DNA of 64,000 nt from an uncultured Gaiellales bacterium (GCA_964399135.1 CAYNPL010000007.1:26014-90013); one strand, 5' to 3'; positions 38,011-49,796 are shown, numbered from the stretch's first letter. Numbers and translations are program-made. Notes: generated from the letters alone by a model not told the origin.

Positions 38011-38685
38011 GTGGGTCAGAAAGTTCATCCCGGAGGCATGCGGCTCGGCATCATCCATGACTGGAAGGCTCACTGGTACACCGAGAAGAACTTCGCCGGT
38101 CTTCTCCATGAGGACCTGGCCATCCGCAAGCACATCCAGAAGAAGATGGGCCACGCCGGGCTGTCCACGATCGTCATCCGCAAGGACACCAACAAGATCG
38201 TGATCGACATCCATACCGCCCGGCCCGGCATCGTCATCGGCAAGTCGGGCTCTGAGGTCGACGCGCTGCGGCGGGAGATCCACGACATGACGGGGAAGAC
38301 CGTCCACGTGAACATCGTGGAGATCAAGCGGCCTGAGCTCGACGCCAACCTGGTGGCCCAGTCCATCGCCGAGCAGCTGGCCAACCGGGTGAGCTTCCGG
38401 CGGGCCATGAAGCGGGCCATCACGTCGGCCATGCGCTCGGGGGCTGAAGGCATCAAGGTCAAATCGGGCGGCCGCCTGGGCGGAGCCGAGATGGCGCGCA
38501 TCGAGGGCTACAGCGAGGGGCGGGTGCCGCTGCACACGCTGCGGGCCGACATCGACTACGGGTTCTGCGAGGCCGACACCACGTTCGGCAAGATCGGCGT
38601 GAAGGTGTGGATCAACAAGGGCGAGATCATGCCCGAGGGGTTCGAACAGGGCTCCCGCGGGCAGGCGGAGGCCCGTATAGGGTGA
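38011..38685 (+). CDS. rpsC: 30S ribosomal protein S3
   Basis: (M)[41 protein letters not shown]... Confidence 0.9.
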   Translation: MGQKVHPGGMRLGIIHDWKAHWYTEKNFAGLLHEDLAIRKHIQKKMGHAGLSTIVIRKDTNKIVIDIHTARPGIVIGKSGSEVDALRREIHDMTGKTVHVNIVEIKRPELDANLVAQSIAEQLANRVSFRRAMKRAITSAMRSGAEGIKVKSGGRLGGAEMARIEGYSEGRVPLHTLRADIDYGFCEADTTFGKIGVKVWINKGEIMPEGFEQGSRGQAEARIG

Positions 38686-38785
38686 CGGCTGCCGGTCTGT
38701 AGTCCGGTCCTCCCGCCCGGGATAAGCGACACCCGGGCCCGTGGACAAGAGGATGAAGGGCCTGGAGAAAAACGAGGAATAAGAG

Positions 38786-39211
38786 ATGCTACTACCAAAA
38801 CGGGTCAAACACCGCAAACAGCACCGGGGGCGCATGGCCGGCAAGGCCAAGGGCCAGACCACGGTCCATTTCGGGGAATACGGCCTACAGGCGCTGGAGC
38901 CGGGCTGGATCACCAGCCGGCAGATCGAGGCGGCTCGTATCGCCATGACCCGGAAGATCAAGAGGGGCGGGAAGGTGTGGATCAACATCTTCCCCGATAA
39001 GCCCATCACCAAGAAGCCGGCCGAGACCCGCATGGGCTCCGGTAAGGGTTCGCCCGACCAGTGGGTGGCCGTGGTCAAACCCGGCCGGGTGATGTTCGAG
39101 CTGGCGGGGGTCTCTGAGGAACTGGCTCGGGAAGCCATCCGGCTGGCTGCGCACAAACTTCCTGTCAAGTGCAGATTCGCGACCAGGGAGGACGGGGGCA
39201 TTGAAGCCTAA
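38786..39211 (+). CDS. rplP: 50S ribosomal protein L16
   Basis: [53 protein letters not shown].... Confidence 0.9.
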   Translation: MLLPKRVKHRKQHRGRMAGKAKGQTTVHFGEYGLQALEPGWITSRQIEAARIAMTRKIKRGGKVWINIFPDKPITKKPAETRMGSGKGSPDQWVAVVKPGRVMFELAGVSEELAREAIRLAAHKLPVKCRFATREDGGIEA

Positions 39212-39401
39212 GGATCTCATCGAACTGGGTGACGAAGAATTGGCTCAGCGCCTCAAGCAGTCGCGCGAGGAGCTGTTCAACCTGCGGTTCCAGCATGCGG
39301 CCGGCCAACTGGAGAACACCAGCCGGCTCCGCCAGGTGCGCCAGGACATCGCCAGGATCATGACGGTGCAGTCGGCGAGAGAACGGTCGAGGGAGCTCTG
39401 A
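39201..39401 (+). CDS. rpmC: 50S ribosomal protein L29
   Basis: (M)[52 protein letters not shown].... TTG start overlapping the rplP end. Confidence 0.85.
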   Translation: MKPKDLIELGDEELAQRLKQSREELFNLRFQHAAGQLENTSRLRQVRQDIARIMTVQSARERSREL

Positions 39402-39664
39402 TGGCCGAGCAGCAAACCATTAAGCAGCGGGAGCGGCAGGGCGTGGTCGTCTCCGACAAGATGGACAAGACCATCGTCGTACAGGTCAGCGCCGTGCAGC
39501 CGCACGCCGATTACAAAAAGGTGGTGCGCCGGACCAGCCGGCTGAAGGCCCACGACGAGAAGAACGAAGCCCGCATCGGCGACACCGTGCTGGTGCGGGA
39601 ATGCCGGCCGCTTTCGCGGGACAAGACCTGGCGCCTGATCAAGGTGCTCGAGCGGGCCGAATGA
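39401..39664 (+). CDS. rpsQ: 30S ribosomal protein S17
   Basis: [72 protein letters not shown]. Confidence 0.9.
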   Translation: MAEQQTIKQRERQGVVVSDKMDKTIVVQVSAVQPHADYKKVVRRTSRLKAHDEKNEARIGDTVLVRECRPLSRDKTWRLIKVLERAE

Positions 39665-39692
39665 CCCGCGCGCGGGAGATGGGTGAAAGACG

Positions 39693-40061
39693 ATGATACA
39701 GGTGGAGACAAGACTCAAGGTCGCCGATAACACCGGCGCGCGCGAGCTGCTGTGCATCCGCATCAAGGGCGGGTCCAAGCGCCGCTACGCCGGGGTGGGC
39801 GACATCATCGTGGGGGCCGTCAAAGAGGCCACGCCGGGCGGCGCCGTGAAGAAGGGCGACGTCGTGCAGGCCGTGGTGGTCCGGGTCAAGAAGGCCTATG
39901 GGCGCAAAGACGGCACCTACATCGGCTTCGACGAGAACGCCGCCGTGCTCATAGACCGGCAGATGAACCCGCGGGGCACCCGCATCTTCGGCCCCGTCGG
40001 GCGTGAGCTGCGGGAGAAGAACTTCGCGAAGATCGTGTCGCTGGCCCCGGAGGTGCTCTGA
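39693..40061 (+). CDS. rplN: 50S ribosomal protein L14
   Basis: [46 protein letters not shown]... Confidence 0.95.
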   Translation: MIQVETRLKVADNTGARELLCIRIKGGSKRRYAGVGDIIVGAVKEATPGGAVKKGDVVQAVVVRVKKAYGRKDGTYIGFDENAAVLIDRQMNPRGTRIFGPVGRELREKNFAKIVSLAPEVL

Positions 40062-40402
40062 TGGCCAGGACCGCCGAGCGCAAGAGCTTCCGCATCAAGA
40101 AGGGCGACACCGTCGAGGTGATCCAAGGCAAGGAGAGCGGTAAACGCGGCAAGGTCATGCGCGTGCTCGCCTCCGAAGACCGGGTCGTGGTGGAGCGGGT
40201 CAACTTCATCAAACGGCACGTGCGGCCCTCGCAGAAGAGGCCGCAGGGCGGCGTGATCGAGTTCGAGGCCGGGCTCCACATCAGTAACGTCAAGTTGGTG
40301 TGCCCCAGTTGCGACAAGGCCGTGCGCGTGGGCGTGCGCGCTGAGGGCCCGAACAAGGTCCGCTACTGCAAGAAATGCAACGTCCAGGTGGATAAGGGTT
40401 GA
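40061..40402 (+). CDS. rplX: 50S ribosomal protein L24
   Basis: [24 protein letters not shown]... KOW motif. Confidence 0.9.
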   Translation: MARTAERKSFRIKKGDTVEVIQGKESGKRGKVMRVLASEDRVVVERVNFIKRHVRPSQKRPQGGVIEFEAGLHISNVKLVCPSCDKAVRVGVRAEGPNKVRYCKKCNVQVDKG

Positions 40403-40953
40403 TGATGGCAGTCCCCAGGCTAAAAGAGAGATACCGCACCGAGATCGTGCCGGCCATGCGTGAGCAGTTCGGTTACAAGAACATCATGCAGGTCCCCCGG
40501 ATCACCAAGCTGACCCTGAACATGGGCATCGGCGAAGGTACGCACGACGCCAAGGCCATGGAAGAAGCGGCCAACCAACTCGGCCAGATCACCGGGCAGA
40601 AGCCCCAGGTGCGCCGGGCCCGCAAGTCGGTGGCCAACTTCAAGCTGAGGGCGGGCATGCCGGTGGGTCTGCGCGTCACCCTGCGGGGCGACCGCATGTA
40701 CGAGATGCTCGACCGGCTGGTGAGCGTGGCCCTACCTCGCATCCGGGACTTCCAAGGCATCTCCCCCAAGGGCTTCGACGGCCAAGGCAACTACAACCTC
40801 GGCCTCAAGGAACAGATCATCTTCCCGGAGATCGACTACGACAAGATCGACAAGATCCGGGGTCTCGACATCGCCATCACCACCACGGCGAAGACCGACG
40901 ACGAGGGATGGGCGCTCCTCAAGCTGATGGGCATGCCTTTCCGTGAGAGCTGA
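40399..40953 (+). CDS. rplE: 50S ribosomal protein L5
   Basis: [42 protein letters not shown]... Confidence 0.9.
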   Translation: MMMAVPRLKERYRTEIVPAMREQFGYKNIMQVPRITKLTLNMGIGEGTHDAKAMEEAANQLGQITGQKPQVRRARKSVANFKLRAGMPVGLRVTLRGDRMYEMLDRLVSVALPRIRDFQGISPKGFDGQGNYNLGLKEQIIFPEIDYDKIDKIRGLDIAITTTAKTDDEGWALLKLMGMPFRES

Positions 40954-40972
40954 AGGATAGGAGCAGCAGCGC

Positions 40973-41158
40973 ATGGCAAAGAAATCGATGATCGCTAAGG
41001 CGCGGCGCCCGCAGAAGTACACGGTGCGGGCTCATAACCGTTGCCTCCGCTGCGGGCGGCCGCGCGGTTATGTCCGCCGCTTCGGCCTGTGCCGCATCTG
41101 TCTCCGTGACCTAGCGCACCAGGGCCTGATCCCCGGTGTCACCAAGTCGAGCTGGTAG
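40973..41158 (+). CDS. rpsN: 30S ribosomal protein S14 type Z (61-aa zinc-binding form)
   Basis: [61 protein letters not shown] with CxxC...CxxC. Confidence 0.9.
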   Translation: MAKKSMIAKARRPQKYTVRAHNRCLRCGRPRGYVRRFGLCRICLRDLAHQGLIPGVTKSSW

Positions 41159-41167
41159 GGAGGGGTC

Positions 41168-41566
41168 ATGTCGCACACCGATCCCATCGCCGACATGCTC
41201 ACCCGCGTGCGGAACGCCAACAAGGCCCTCCACGCCCAGGTCGACATGCCCGCTTCGGCGCTGAAGGTCGAACTGGCCCGCGTGCTGGCCCAGGAGGGCT
41301 ACATCGCCGGCTACTCGGTGGTGAAAGAGGGCAGCTTCGACAAGCTGGTGATCGACCTCAAGTACACCGACGGCCGCCGTCGGGTCATCTCGGAGGTCAA
41401 ACGGGTCAGCAAACCGGGCCGCCGCATCTATGCCAAGAAGGACAACCTCCCCAAGGTCTTGGGAGGCCTGGGGACCGCCGTCATCTCCACCTCGCGCGGG
41501 CTCATGACCGCGCGCGAGGCTCAGCGGCTGGGTGTCGGCGGCGAAGTCGTCTGTTTCGTCTGGTGA
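41168..41566 (+). CDS. rpsH: 30S ribosomal protein S8
   Basis: [49 protein letters not shown]... Confidence 0.9.
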   Translation: MSHTDPIADMLTRVRNANKALHAQVDMPASALKVELARVLAQEGYIAGYSVVKEGSFDKLVIDLKYTDGRRRVISEVKRVSKPGRRIYAKKDNLPKVLGGLGTAVISTSRGLMTAREAQRLGVGGEVVCFVW

Positions 41567-41571
41567 TGCCA

Positions 41572-42104
41572 TGTCGAGGATAGGAAGAGCACCCATAACC
41601 ATCCCCGCCGGCGTCGATGTCACCATCGCCGGGAGCACCGTGGCCGTCAAGGGGCCCAAGGGCAGCCTCTCCATGGAGGTGCACCCCAACATGCAGGTAG
41701 CCATCGACGACGGCGTCATGACCATCACCCGGCCCGACGACTCCGGCGTCAACCGTTCCCTGCACGGGCTCACCCGCACGCTGCTCTCTAACATGGTCAC
41801 CGGAGTGACCACCGGCTTCCAGAAGAAGTTGGAGATCCAGGGAGTGGGCTACCGCGCCTCCAAGAAGGGTGACGACCTGGAGATCCTGGTGGGCTATTCC
41901 CATCCGGTGGTGGTGTCGCCGCCGGAGAACATCGAATTCGAGGTCCCTGTGCCCACCCAGATCGTGGTCAGGGGTATCGACAAGCAACGGGTCGGCCAAG
42001 TGGCCGCCGAGATCCGCGCCATCCGCAGCCCCGAGCCCTACAAGGGCAAAGGCATCCGCTATGAGGGCGAAGTGGTCCGGCGCAAGGTCGGCAAGCGGGC
42101 GTAA
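41572..42104 (+). CDS. rplF: 50S ribosomal protein L6
   Basis: [37 protein letters not shown].... ATG at 41572. The listed ORF from 41532 overlaps the rpsH end. Confidence 0.9.
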
Positions 42105-42121
42105 GGCAGGAAGAGGACAGA

Positions 42122-42478
42122 ATGAGCATCCAAGAGAAAATGGACCGGGCCAAGGAGCGGCGCGCCCTGCGCGTCCGCAGCAAAGTGCGTGGCACCGCGG
42201 AGCGGCCCCGTCTCTCCGTCTTCCGGTCGAACAAAGCGATCTGGGCTCAGGTCATCGACGACCGGACCGGCCGCACCCTGGCCAGCGCGGCCAGCGTGCA
42301 CGTGACCGAAAAGGGTCTCTCCAAGACCGACCAGGCCGCCAAGGTGGGCCGGTTGCTGGCCGAACGGGCAAAGGCGGCGGGCGTCGAGCGGGTCGTTTTC
42401 GATCGAGGGCCGTACCTATATCACGGCCGTGTCAAAGCTCTGGCGGATGGAGCCCGCCAGGGCGGCCTGGACTTCTGA
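42122..42478 (+). CDS. rplR: 50S ribosomal protein L18
   Basis: [58 protein letters not shown]... Confidence 0.9.
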   Translation: MSIQEKMDRAKERRALRVRSKVRGTAERPRLSVFRSNKAIWAQVIDDRTGRTLASAASVHVTEKGLSKTDQAAKVGRLLAERAKAAGVERVVFDRGPYLYHGRVKALADGARQGGLDF

Positions 42479-42497
42479 GGGAGAGTGAGGTAGCACT

Positions 42498-43049
42498 TTG
42501 GCGCAGATCAAGGCAGATACGCTCAACCTTCAGGAGAGCGTGATCCATATCAACCGGGTGGCGAAGGTCGTCAAGGGCGGCCGGCGTTTCTCGTTCACGG
42601 CGTTGGTCGCGGTGGGCGACGGTGAGAGCACGGTGGGCATCGGCTACGGCAAGGCCAAGGAGGTGCCCCTGGCCATCCAGAAGGCGATAGAGGACGCGCG
42701 CAAGAACCTGTTCGTGGTCCCCAAACACGGCACCACCATAACCCATGAGGTGCTGGGCCACTACGGGGCCGGCAAGGTCCTGCTGCGGCCGGCCTCGGCC
42801 GGTACCGGCGTCATCGCCGGCGGTGGCGTCCGGGCCTTGCTCGAACTGGGCGGCGTCCACGACGTGCTCACCAAGTGCCTGGGCACCACCAACCCCATCA
42901 ACATGGTGCGGGCCGCCGAGCAGGGGCTTCGCTCCCTCCGCCGCCCTGAGGACATCGCCTTGCAGCGGGGCAAGACCGTGCGCGAGGTGGTCGGCCGGGC
43001 TCCGGTCGAACAGGAGGCGCCGGCCGCGCCGGCCGGGACCGGAGTGTGA
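42498..43049 (+). CDS. rpsE: 30S ribosomal protein S5
   Basis: [53 protein letters not shown].... TTG start. Confidence 0.9.
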   Translation: MAQIKADTLNLQESVIHINRVAKVVKGGRRFSFTALVAVGDGESTVGIGYGKAKEVPLAIQKAIEDARKNLFVVPKHGTTITHEVLGHYGAGKVLLRPASAGTGVIAGGGVRALLELGGVHDVLTKCLGTTNPINMVRAAEQGLRSLRRPEDIALQRGKTVREVVGRAPVEQEAPAAPAGTGV

Positions 43050-43053
43050 CGGC

Positions 43054-43245
43054 ATGTTGAAGATCACCCAGGTCAAGAGCCGCATCAACCGCAAGAAAGA
43101 CCATAAGGCCACGCTCGACGCCCTGGGCCTCACCCGCCTGGGCCAGACGGTCTATCACGAAGATACCCCGGCCATCCGCGGGATGGTCCACAAGGTTTCG
43201 TACATGCTCGAGGTGGAAGTGGTTGACATCAAGGACAAAGGATAG
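43054..43245 (+). CDS. rpmD: 50S ribosomal protein L30
   Basis: [58 protein letters not shown], embedded in a longer spurious ORF. Confidence 0.85.
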   Translation: MLKITQVKSRINRKKDHKATLDALGLTRLGQTVYHEDTPAIRGMVHKVSYMLEVEVVDIKDKG

Positions 43246-43247
43246 AG

Positions 43248-43721
43248 ATGGGAGACATCTTCCTCCATAACCTCCGCCCCGACCCTGGCGCCCGCCGCGG
43301 CAAGAAGCGGGTGGGCCGCGGAGAGGGCTCGGGTCTGGGCAAGACCGCCGGCCGGGGCCACAAAGGCTCCAAGCAGCGCTCGGGCGGCCAGATCTCGCCT
43401 CGCTACGAGGGCGGTCAGATGCCTCTGCACATGAGGCTGCCCAAACTGCGCGGCCCGCTGGCCAAGACCGCCATGCCCATCGGCCCCTTCCGCACCTACA
43501 TGACCCCGGTCAACCTCTCCCGCCTGTCGGTCTTCGCGGCGGGCGAGGTGGTCTCTCCCGAGACCTTGCTGGACAAGGGGATCATCAAGAAGGTCGACGA
43601 GCGGGTGAAGATCCTCGCCTCGGGCGAGCTGGCTCACGCTCTGACCATCAAGGCCCACGGTTTCAGCGCCGCCGCCGTGGCCAAGATCGAGGCCGCCGGC
43701 GGCACGGCCGAGGTCATCTGA
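43248..43721 (+). CDS. rplO: 50S ribosomal protein L15
   Basis: [44 protein letters not shown]... Confidence 0.9.
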   Translation: MGDIFLHNLRPDPGARRGKKRVGRGEGSGLGKTAGRGHKGSKQRSGGQISPRYEGGQMPLHMRLPKLRGPLAKTAMPIGPFRTYMTPVNLSRLSVFAAGEVVSPETLLDKGIIKKVDERVKILASGELAHALTIKAHGFSAAAVAKIEAAGGTAEVI

Positions 43722-43771
43722 CCTATCGAGGAGCGGACTGACGAGTTGCGGACTATAGGGGTGAGAGCCTG

Positions 43772-45019
43772 ATGCTGCAATCCTTGCTCAACGCATGGAG
43801 ACTGCCCGACCTCCGGAAGAAGCTGCTCTTCACGGCCATGATCATCGCCATCTACCGGCTGGGCTGCTACATCCCCGTGCCGGGCGTCGACGTGGACGCC
43901 ATCAAAGAGGCCATGTTCGGCGGCGGAGGCGTCTTCGACTTCTACAACCTCTTTGCCGGGGGCGGCCTGGAGCGGGTGGCGATCTTCGCCATGGGCATCA
44001 TGCCCTACATCACGGCTTCCATCATCATGCAGCTGCTCACCATGGTCATCCCTCGCCTGGAGCAGCTCATGAAGGAAGGGGAAGCGGGCCAGAAGAAGGT
44101 CAACCAGTACACCCGCTACTTCACGGTGGTGCTGGCTCTCATCGAGGCCATCGGCTTCGTCTTCTTGTTCCGCAGCTATGGAGCCTTCCCCGACGGGCTG
44201 ACCCCGCTCAACTTCTACCTGATCGTGCTGACGCTCACCGTGGGGACCGCGCTGGTCATGTGGATGGGCGAACTCATCACCCAGCGGGGCATCGGCAACG
44301 GCATCTCCCTCATGATCTTCGCCAGCATTGTCTCCCGGCTTCCCAGCGGTCTGGCCAAGCTGTTCACGCTCAACCCGGGGTATTGGGTGCTTATGGGCGT
44401 CATCGCCGTGGTCGTGGTGGCGGCCATCATCTACATGACCGAAGGCCAGCGGCGCATCCCGGTGCAGTATGCCAAGCGGGTGGTAGGGCGCAAGGTCTAC
44501 GGCGGGCAGAGCACCTATCTGCCGCTGCGCATCAACATGGCCGGGGTCATACCGGTGATCTTCGCCTCCTCGGTGCTGCTCTTCCCGGTCACTCTGGCCG
44601 AGATGACGCCCTGGGGCTGGACCAAGTCGCTCGCCAGCGCCATCGGTCCGGGGTCTTGGTGGTACCTGGTGGCCGAGGTCGTCCTCATCATCCTCTTCAC
44701 CTACTTCTACACAGCGGTGCAGTTCAACCCCATCGACCAGGCCGACAACCTCAAGAAGTACGGCGGCTTCATCCCCGGCATCCGTCCGGGCCGCCCCACC
44801 GCGGCCTACCTCGACCGGGTGCTCACCCGCATCACCTTTCCCGGGGCGCTGTTCCTGGCGGCCATCGTTCTCTTGCCCACCGCCCTCATCCGCGGCCTCA
44901 ACATGCCCTTCTATTTCGGGGGCACGTCGCTCTTGATCGTGGTGGGGGTCGCCCTGGACACCATGAAACAGATGGAATCGCAACTTCTCATGCGCCACTA
45001 CGAGGGCTTCCTCAAGTGA
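43772..45019 (+). CDS. secY: Preprotein translocase subunit SecY
   Basis: 415 aa, ~10 TM helices, LLNAWRLPDLRKKLLFT start, GIMPYITASIIMQLL signature. Confidence 0.9.
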   Translation: MLQSLLNAWRLPDLRKKLLFTAMIIAIYRLGCYIPVPGVDVDAIKEAMFGGGGVFDFYNLFAGGGLERVAIFAMGIMPYITASIIMQLLTMVIPRLEQLMKEGEAGQKKVNQYTRYFTVVLALIEAIGFVFLFRSYGAFPDGLTPLNFYLIVLTLTVGTALVMWMGELITQRGIGNGISLMIFASIVSRLPSGLAKLFTLNPGYWVLMGVIAVVVVAAIIYMTEGQRRIPVQYAKRVVGRKVYGGQSTYLPLRINMAGVIPVIFASSVLLFPVTLAEMTPWGWTKSLASAIGPGSWWYLVAEVVLIILFTYFYTAVQFNPIDQADNLKKYGGFIPGIRPGRPTAAYLDRVLTRITFPGALFLAAIVLLPTALIRGLNMPFYFGGTSLLIVVGVALDTMKQMESQLLMRHYEGFLK

Positions 45020-45049
45020 CGCCCGGCCGATGACGGAGGAATCCAGACG

Positions 45050-45712
45050 ATGAGCCAGTTCAACCTCGTTCTGTTGGGACCGCCCGGAGCGGGCAAAGGC
45101 ACCCAAGCCGGCCGCATCGTGGCCGAGTACGGCATCCCCCACATCTCCACCGGCGACATCCTGCGGGCTGCGGTCAAGAACCAGACCGCCATGGGGATCG
45201 AGGCCAAGAAGTACATGGACGCCGGCGAACTGGTCCCCGACAGCGTGGTGATCGGCATCGTCAAGGACCGCCTGCAAGAGCCCGACACAGCCAAGGGTTT
45301 CCTGATGGACGGCTTCCCCCGCACCATTCCCCAGGCCGAGGCCCTGGACCAGGTCCTGGAAGGGCTCGACCGCGCTATCACCAAGACGCTGGTCATCCTG
45401 GTGGACGAGGAAGACCTGGTGCGGCGGCTTACTGGGCGGCGTATCTGTCGCTCGTGCCAGACGCCCTTCCATGTGTTGTTCAACCCTCCCCAGGTCGAGG
45501 GGGTCTGTGACAAGTGCGGGGGGGAGCTCTACCAGCGTGACGACGACACCGAGGCCACCGTGCGCAACCGCCTGGAGGTCTACAGCAGGCAGACCGAGCC
45601 GCTCATCGAGTACTACGACAAGGCCGGGGTGGTGGCTCGGATCGACGGGGCCAAAGCCCCCGACGCTGTCTATGAGGACATCCGCGAGGCCCTGGGCCCG
45701 GCGGAGGCCTGA
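45050..45712 (+). CDS. adk: Adenylate kinase (zinc-lid form)
   Basis: P-loop GPPGAGKGTQA and lid CRSCQTPF...CDKCGGEL. Confidence 0.9.
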   Translation: MSQFNLVLLGPPGAGKGTQAGRIVAEYGIPHISTGDILRAAVKNQTAMGIEAKKYMDAGELVPDSVVIGIVKDRLQEPDTAKGFLMDGFPRTIPQAEALDQVLEGLDRAITKTLVILVDEEDLVRRLTGRRICRSCQTPFHVLFNPPQVEGVCDKCGGELYQRDDDTEATVRNRLEVYSRQTEPLIEYYDKAGVVARIDGAKAPDAVYEDIREALGPAEA

Positions 45713-45756
45713 GGCCGCGGCGGCGGTACCGAAGCGGAGCGGAGAGCGGGCGCGGC

Positions 45757-46518
45757 GTGATCATACGGAAGTCGGCAGCGGAGATCGAGAAGATGGCCCG
45801 GGCGGGCAGGGTGGTCCGGGGGTGTCTGGAGCTGCTGGGCAGCGAGATCAGGCCGGGAGTGACTACGAAAGAGTTGGACGGCTTGGCGGAGAGATACATA
45901 CGGGCCAACGGCGGCGTGCCGACGTTCAAGGGCTACCGGGGTTTTCCGGGCTCCATCTGTGCCTCCCCCAATGACATGGTGGTGCACGGCATACCCGGCA
46001 AGCTCCGCCTGCGCGAAGGTGACATCCTCGGCATCGATGTCGGGGTGACCATGGATGGCTACATCGCCGACGCGGCCATGACGTTCCCGGTAGGGGAGAT
46101 CTCCGAGGAGGCCCGTCGGCTGCTGCGGGTCACCGAGGAGTCGCTGATGAAGGGCATCGCCCAGTGCCTGGTAGGCAACCGGGTGGGCGACATCTCGCAC
46201 GCGGTGCAGACCCACGCCGAGGCGCATGGGTTCTCGGTGGTGCAGAGCATGGTCGGCCACGGGGTGGGCAGGGAGATGCACGAGGATCCGCAGGTCCCCA
46301 ACTTCGGCCCGCCCGGCCAGGGTCCGGAGTTGCGCGAGGGCATGGTCCTCGCCATCGAGCCCATGGTCAACGCGGGCGGTCATCAGGTGGAAGTAGGCGA
46401 CGACTCCTGGGCCATCTACACCAAAGACGGCAGTCTGTCCGCCCACTTCGAGCACACGGTGGCCATCACCAGGCAGGGCCCGCGCATCCTTACCGATGCT
46501 GAAGTACAGGGTGCCTAG
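45757..46518 (+). CDS. map: Methionine aminopeptidase type I
   Basis: Metal-ligand context DGYIADAAMTFPVG, HGVGREMHEDP, LAIEPMV. GTG start. Confidence 0.9.
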   Translation: MIIRKSAAEIEKMARAGRVVRGCLELLGSEIRPGVTTKELDGLAERYIRANGGVPTFKGYRGFPGSICASPNDMVVHGIPGKLRLREGDILGIDVGVTMDGYIADAAMTFPVGEISEEARRLLRVTEESLMKGIAQCLVGNRVGDISHAVQTHAEAHGFSVVQSMVGHGVGREMHEDPQVPNFGPPGQGPELREGMVLAIEPMVNAGGHQVEVGDDSWAIYTKDGSLSAHFEHTVAITRQGPRILTDAEVQGA

Positions 46519-46583
46519 CGGGATGGAGGCGTGTGGTAAGATAAGCGGCCGACGTTCAGGCAGGGTGTCCGGGGTGGAGGGAC

Positions 46584-46805
46584 GTGTCTCCTAAAGAAGA
46601 AGCCATCGAGCTCGAGGGCGAGGTCACCGAGGCCCTGCCGAACACCATGTTCAGGGTGAAGCTCGACAACGAGCTGGAGATACTGGCCCACATCTCGGGC
46701 AAGATGCGGATGAACTACATCCGTATCCTGCCGGGCGACAGGGTCAAGGTGGAGTTGTCGCCGTACGATCTGACCCGGGGTCGGATCACGTACCGGTTCA
46801 AGTAG
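46584..46805 (+). CDS. infA: Translation initiation factor IF-1
   Basis: [70 protein letters not shown]. Confidence 0.9.
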   Translation: MSPKEEAIELEGEVTEALPNTMFRVKLDNELEILAHISGKMRMNYIRILPGDRVKVELSPYDLTRGRITYRFK

Positions 46806-46818
46806 AGAAGGGGCGGAG

Positions 46819-46932
46819 ATGAAAGTCAGAGCGTCGGTCAAACCGATGTGTGAGAAGTGCAAGATAGTGCGGCGGCGCGGCATCGTGCTGGTCATCTGCG
46901 AGAACCCGCGCCACAAGCAGCGGCAAGGCTAG
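46819..46932 (+). CDS. rpmJ: 50S ribosomal protein L36 (zinc C+ form)
   Basis: 37-aa [40 protein letters not shown], not in the ORF track. Confidence 0.85.
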   Translation: MKVRASVKPMCEKCKIVRRRGIVLVICENPRHKQRQG

Positions 46933-46950
46933 GCTAGGCAGGAGTAAGGA

Positions 46951-47328
46951 ATGGCTCGTATCGCTGGTGTCACCCTCCCCCGGGAGAAGCGGATAGAGAT
47001 CGGTCTCACCTACGTGTACGGGATCGGCCGGTCGATGTCCAACAAGATCCTCTCCGATGTAAAGATCGACCCCGACACGTACGTGAAGGATCTCACCGAG
47101 GACGAAGAGATCCGTCTGCGCAGCTACATCGAAGAGAATGTGACGGTCGAGGGTGATCTGCGCCGCGAGCGCAGCCAGAACATCAAGCGGCTGATGGAGA
47201 TCGGCTGCTACCGGGGCATCCGCCACCGGCGCGGCATGCCGGTGCGAGGCCAGCGCACCAAGACGAACGCACGGGTGCGCAAAGGGCACAAGCCGACCGT
47301 GGGCGTCAAGAAGAAGGTGCGGGTCTAG
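46951..47328 (+). CDS. rpsM: 30S ribosomal protein S13
   Basis: [34 protein letters not shown]... Confidence 0.9.
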   Translation: MARIAGVTLPREKRIEIGLTYVYGIGRSMSNKILSDVKIDPDTYVKDLTEDEEIRLRSYIEENVTVEGDLRRERSQNIKRLMEIGCYRGIRHRRGMPVRGQRTKTNARVRKGHKPTVGVKKKVRV

Positions 47329-47374
47329 CCCCCCGGCTGCCTCGCAGGATATCTAGGGACGGAGTCAAGGAGAT

Positions 47375-47782
47375 ATGCCGAAACCCAAGCGCACAGTCAC
47401 CGGTCCGCGCGGCCGGCGCCGCAAGGTGCGGAAGAGCATCGCGGTAGGCAACGCCTACATCAAGACGTCGTTCAACAACACGCTGGTGACCCTCACCGAC
47501 AAAGAGGGCAATGTCATCGCCTGGGCGAGCGCCGGTTCGGCGGGCTTCAAGGGCTCGCGCAAGTCGACGCCGTTCGCGGCCCAGGTCACTGCCGAGCGAG
47601 CCGCCCGTGCGGCCATGGAGCACGGCCTGCAGAAGGTCGACTGCTTCGTCAAGGGCCCGGGCAGCGGCCGGGAGACCGCCATCCGGTCTCTCCAGGCCGC
47701 CGGCATCGACGTCACCAGTGTCAAGGACGTGACCCCCATCCCTCACAACGGTTGCCGCCCCAAGAAGCGGCGCCGGGTATAG
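47375..47782 (+). CDS. rpsK: 30S ribosomal protein S11
   Basis: [46 protein letters not shown]... Confidence 0.9.
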   Translation: MPKPKRTVTGPRGRRRKVRKSIAVGNAYIKTSFNNTLVTLTDKEGNVIAWASAGSAGFKGSRKSTPFAAQVTAERAARAAMEHGLQKVDCFVKGPGSGRETAIRSLQAAGIDVTSVKDVTPIPHNGCRPKKRRRV

Positions 47783-47797
47783 GGGAGGGCGCGCAGT

Positions 47798-48424
47798 ATG
47801 GCTAGAGACAGGTCTCCCCAGTGCAAGCAGTGCCGCCGCGAGGGCGAAAAGCTCTTCCTCAAGGGCGAGCGGTGCCTCACCGACAAGTGTGGTGTCGACC
47901 GGCGTGCGTACGCGCCCGGTGAGCACGGCCGCGGCAGGCGGCGCAAGCAGTCGGAGTATCTCACCCAGTTGCGGGAGAAGCAGAAGGCCCGCCGCTACTA
48001 CGGCGTCCTCGAGGGCCAGTTCCGCACCTACTACAAGGTGGCGGCCCGGCAGCCCGGCATCACCGGTGAGAACCTCCTCCGTCTGCTCGAGCTGCGCCTG
48101 GACAACGTGGTCTACCGCCTGGGCTTCGGCGCCTCCCGACGGCAGGCCCGGCAGCTGGTGCGGCACGGCCATTTCACCGTCAACGGCCGCAAGGTCAACA
48201 TCCCCTCGTACCGGGTCAAGCCCGACGATGTCATCACAGCCGTGCTCGACAGCGAGGGCCTCAAGGCGGTCGTCGAGGAGGCCACCGATCTGACAGCGTC
48301 CGTGCCCGCCTGGCTGCAGGCCGACCATGACAACATGGTGGGCAAGGTCCTCCGCCTGCCCGAGCGCACTGATATCGACATCCCCATCCAGGAGTCGCTC
48401 ATCGTCGAGTTGTACTCCAAGTAG
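47798..48424 (+). CDS. rpsD: 30S ribosomal protein S4
   Basis: [31 protein letters not shown]... with zinc finger and S4 domain. Confidence 0.9.
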   Translation: MARDRSPQCKQCRREGEKLFLKGERCLTDKCGVDRRAYAPGEHGRGRRRKQSEYLTQLREKQKARRYYGVLEGQFRTYYKVAARQPGITGENLLRLLELRLDNVVYRLGFGASRRQARQLVRHGHFTVNGRKVNIPSYRVKPDDVITAVLDSEGLKAVVEEATDLTASVPAWLQADHDNMVGKVLRLPERTDIDIPIQESLIVELYSK

Positions 48425-48439
48425 TCTGAGGAGGGCCGC

Positions 48440-49396
48440 TTGTTAGACTTCGCCACCCCGCATAGTACCTATGAACCGGTCGGCGAGAACCGGGGCCGCT
48501 TCATCGTAGAGCCGCTGGCCCGCGGCTTCGGGTACACCTTCGGCAACTCGCTGCGGCGGGTGCTGCTGTCCTCCCTTGAGGGGGCGGCCATCTCGACCGT
48601 GAAGATCACCGGGGTCGAACACGAGTTCTCCACAGTGCCGCACGTCAAGGAAGACGTCACCGACATCATCCTCAACCTCAAGAAGATCGTGTTCGTACTG
48701 CACGGTGAGGCTGACGATCACGAGATCATGCTGCTCAAGGACGGCCCCGGCGAGGTCACTGCCGGCGACATCCAGCTGCCGGCGGCCGTGGAAGTGGTCG
48801 ATCCTTCGGCTTACATCGCCACCATCGAGGACGGCGGGCGTCTGGAGATGCAGCTCACCGTCCGGCGCGGCCGCGGCTATGCCACCGCCGATGACAACAA
48901 GCCTTCCGAGACCATCGTGGGCGTCATCCCTATCGACTCCATCTTCTCTCCGGTGCGGCGGGTCGCGTACAGCGTGGAGCCGGCCCGGGTGGGGCAGCGC
49001 ACCGACTTCGACAAGCTGATCCTCGAGATCGAGACCAACGGGGCCTTGGAGCCCAAGGCCGCGGTCCACAAGGCCGCCGGCATGCTTCGCGAGGAACTGC
49101 TCATCTTCACCGGCGACGGCCAAGAGGAGCGCGAAGACGTGGGGGCCGAGGCCGACGGTGAGGCGGCGGAGGCGCCCACAGGCAGGGCCGGCGCCTACGA
49201 CGATACCCCCATCGAGGAGCTGGAACTGGGGGTGCGCTCCTACAACTGCCTCAAACGGGAAGGCATCGAGACCATCGGGGATCTCATCGCCAAGTCCGAG
49301 CAGGAGCTCATGTGCATCCCCAACTTCGGTCGCAAGAGCATCGAAGAGGTGCGCGAGCGCCTGGAGAAGAACAACCTGACGCTTAAGGGAGAATAG
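48440..49396 (+). CDS. rpoA: DNA-directed RNA polymerase alpha subunit
   Basis: N-terminal domain FIVEPLARGFGYTFGNSLRRVLLSSLEGAAI and C-terminal domain LELGVRSYNCLKREGIETIGDLIAKSEQELMCIPNFGRKSIEEVRERL. TTG start. Confidence 0.9.
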   Translation: MLDFATPHSTYEPVGENRGRFIVEPLARGFGYTFGNSLRRVLLSSLEGAAISTVKITGVEHEFSTVPHVKEDVTDIILNLKKIVFVLHGEADDHEIMLLKDGPGEVTAGDIQLPAAVEVVDPSAYIATIEDGGRLEMQLTVRRGRGYATADDNKPSETIVGVIPIDSIFSPVRRVAYSVEPARVGQRTDFDKLILEIETNGALEPKAAVHKAAGMLREELLIFTGDGQEEREDVGAEADGEAAEAPTGRAGAYDDTPIEELELGVRSYNCLKREGIETIGDLIAKSEQELMCIPNFGRKSIEEVRERLEKNNLTLKGE

Positions 49397-49397
49397 A

Positions 49398-49748
49398 GTG
49401 AGGCACCAGAGGAAAGGAAGAAGGTTCGGCATGCAGCCGAGCCACCGCCGGCAGATGCTGGCGAATCTTGCCTGCTCTGTGCTCGAGCATGGACGCATCA
49501 AGACCACCGAAGCCCGGGCCAAAGAGGTCAAGCCCTTGGTGGAGAAGATGATCACCATGGGCAAGGCGGGAGACCTCAATTCGCGGCGCACGGCCATCGC
49601 TCAGCTGCGCAACAAGCAGATCTCGTACAAGCTGTTCAACGAGATCGCTCCCCGGTACGCCGACCGGCCGGGCGGCTACACCCGCATCATCCACGTGGGG
49701 CCGCGCCCGGGCGACGCGGCGGAGATGGTATACCTGGAACTGGTCTAG
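49398..49748 (+). CDS. rplQ: 50S ribosomal protein L17
   Basis: MRHQRKGRRFGMQPSHRRQMLANLACSVLEHGRIKTTEARAKEVKPLVEKMITMGK... Confidence 0.9.
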   Translation: MRHQRKGRRFGMQPSHRRQMLANLACSVLEHGRIKTTEARAKEVKPLVEKMITMGKAGDLNSRRTAIAQLRNKQISYKLFNEIAPRYADRPGGYTRIIHVGPRPGDAAEMVYLELV

Positions 49749-49796
49749 GCGCGGGAGCCGGGCGGGCCGGCTGGGCGGACATCGGATCGGCGACTC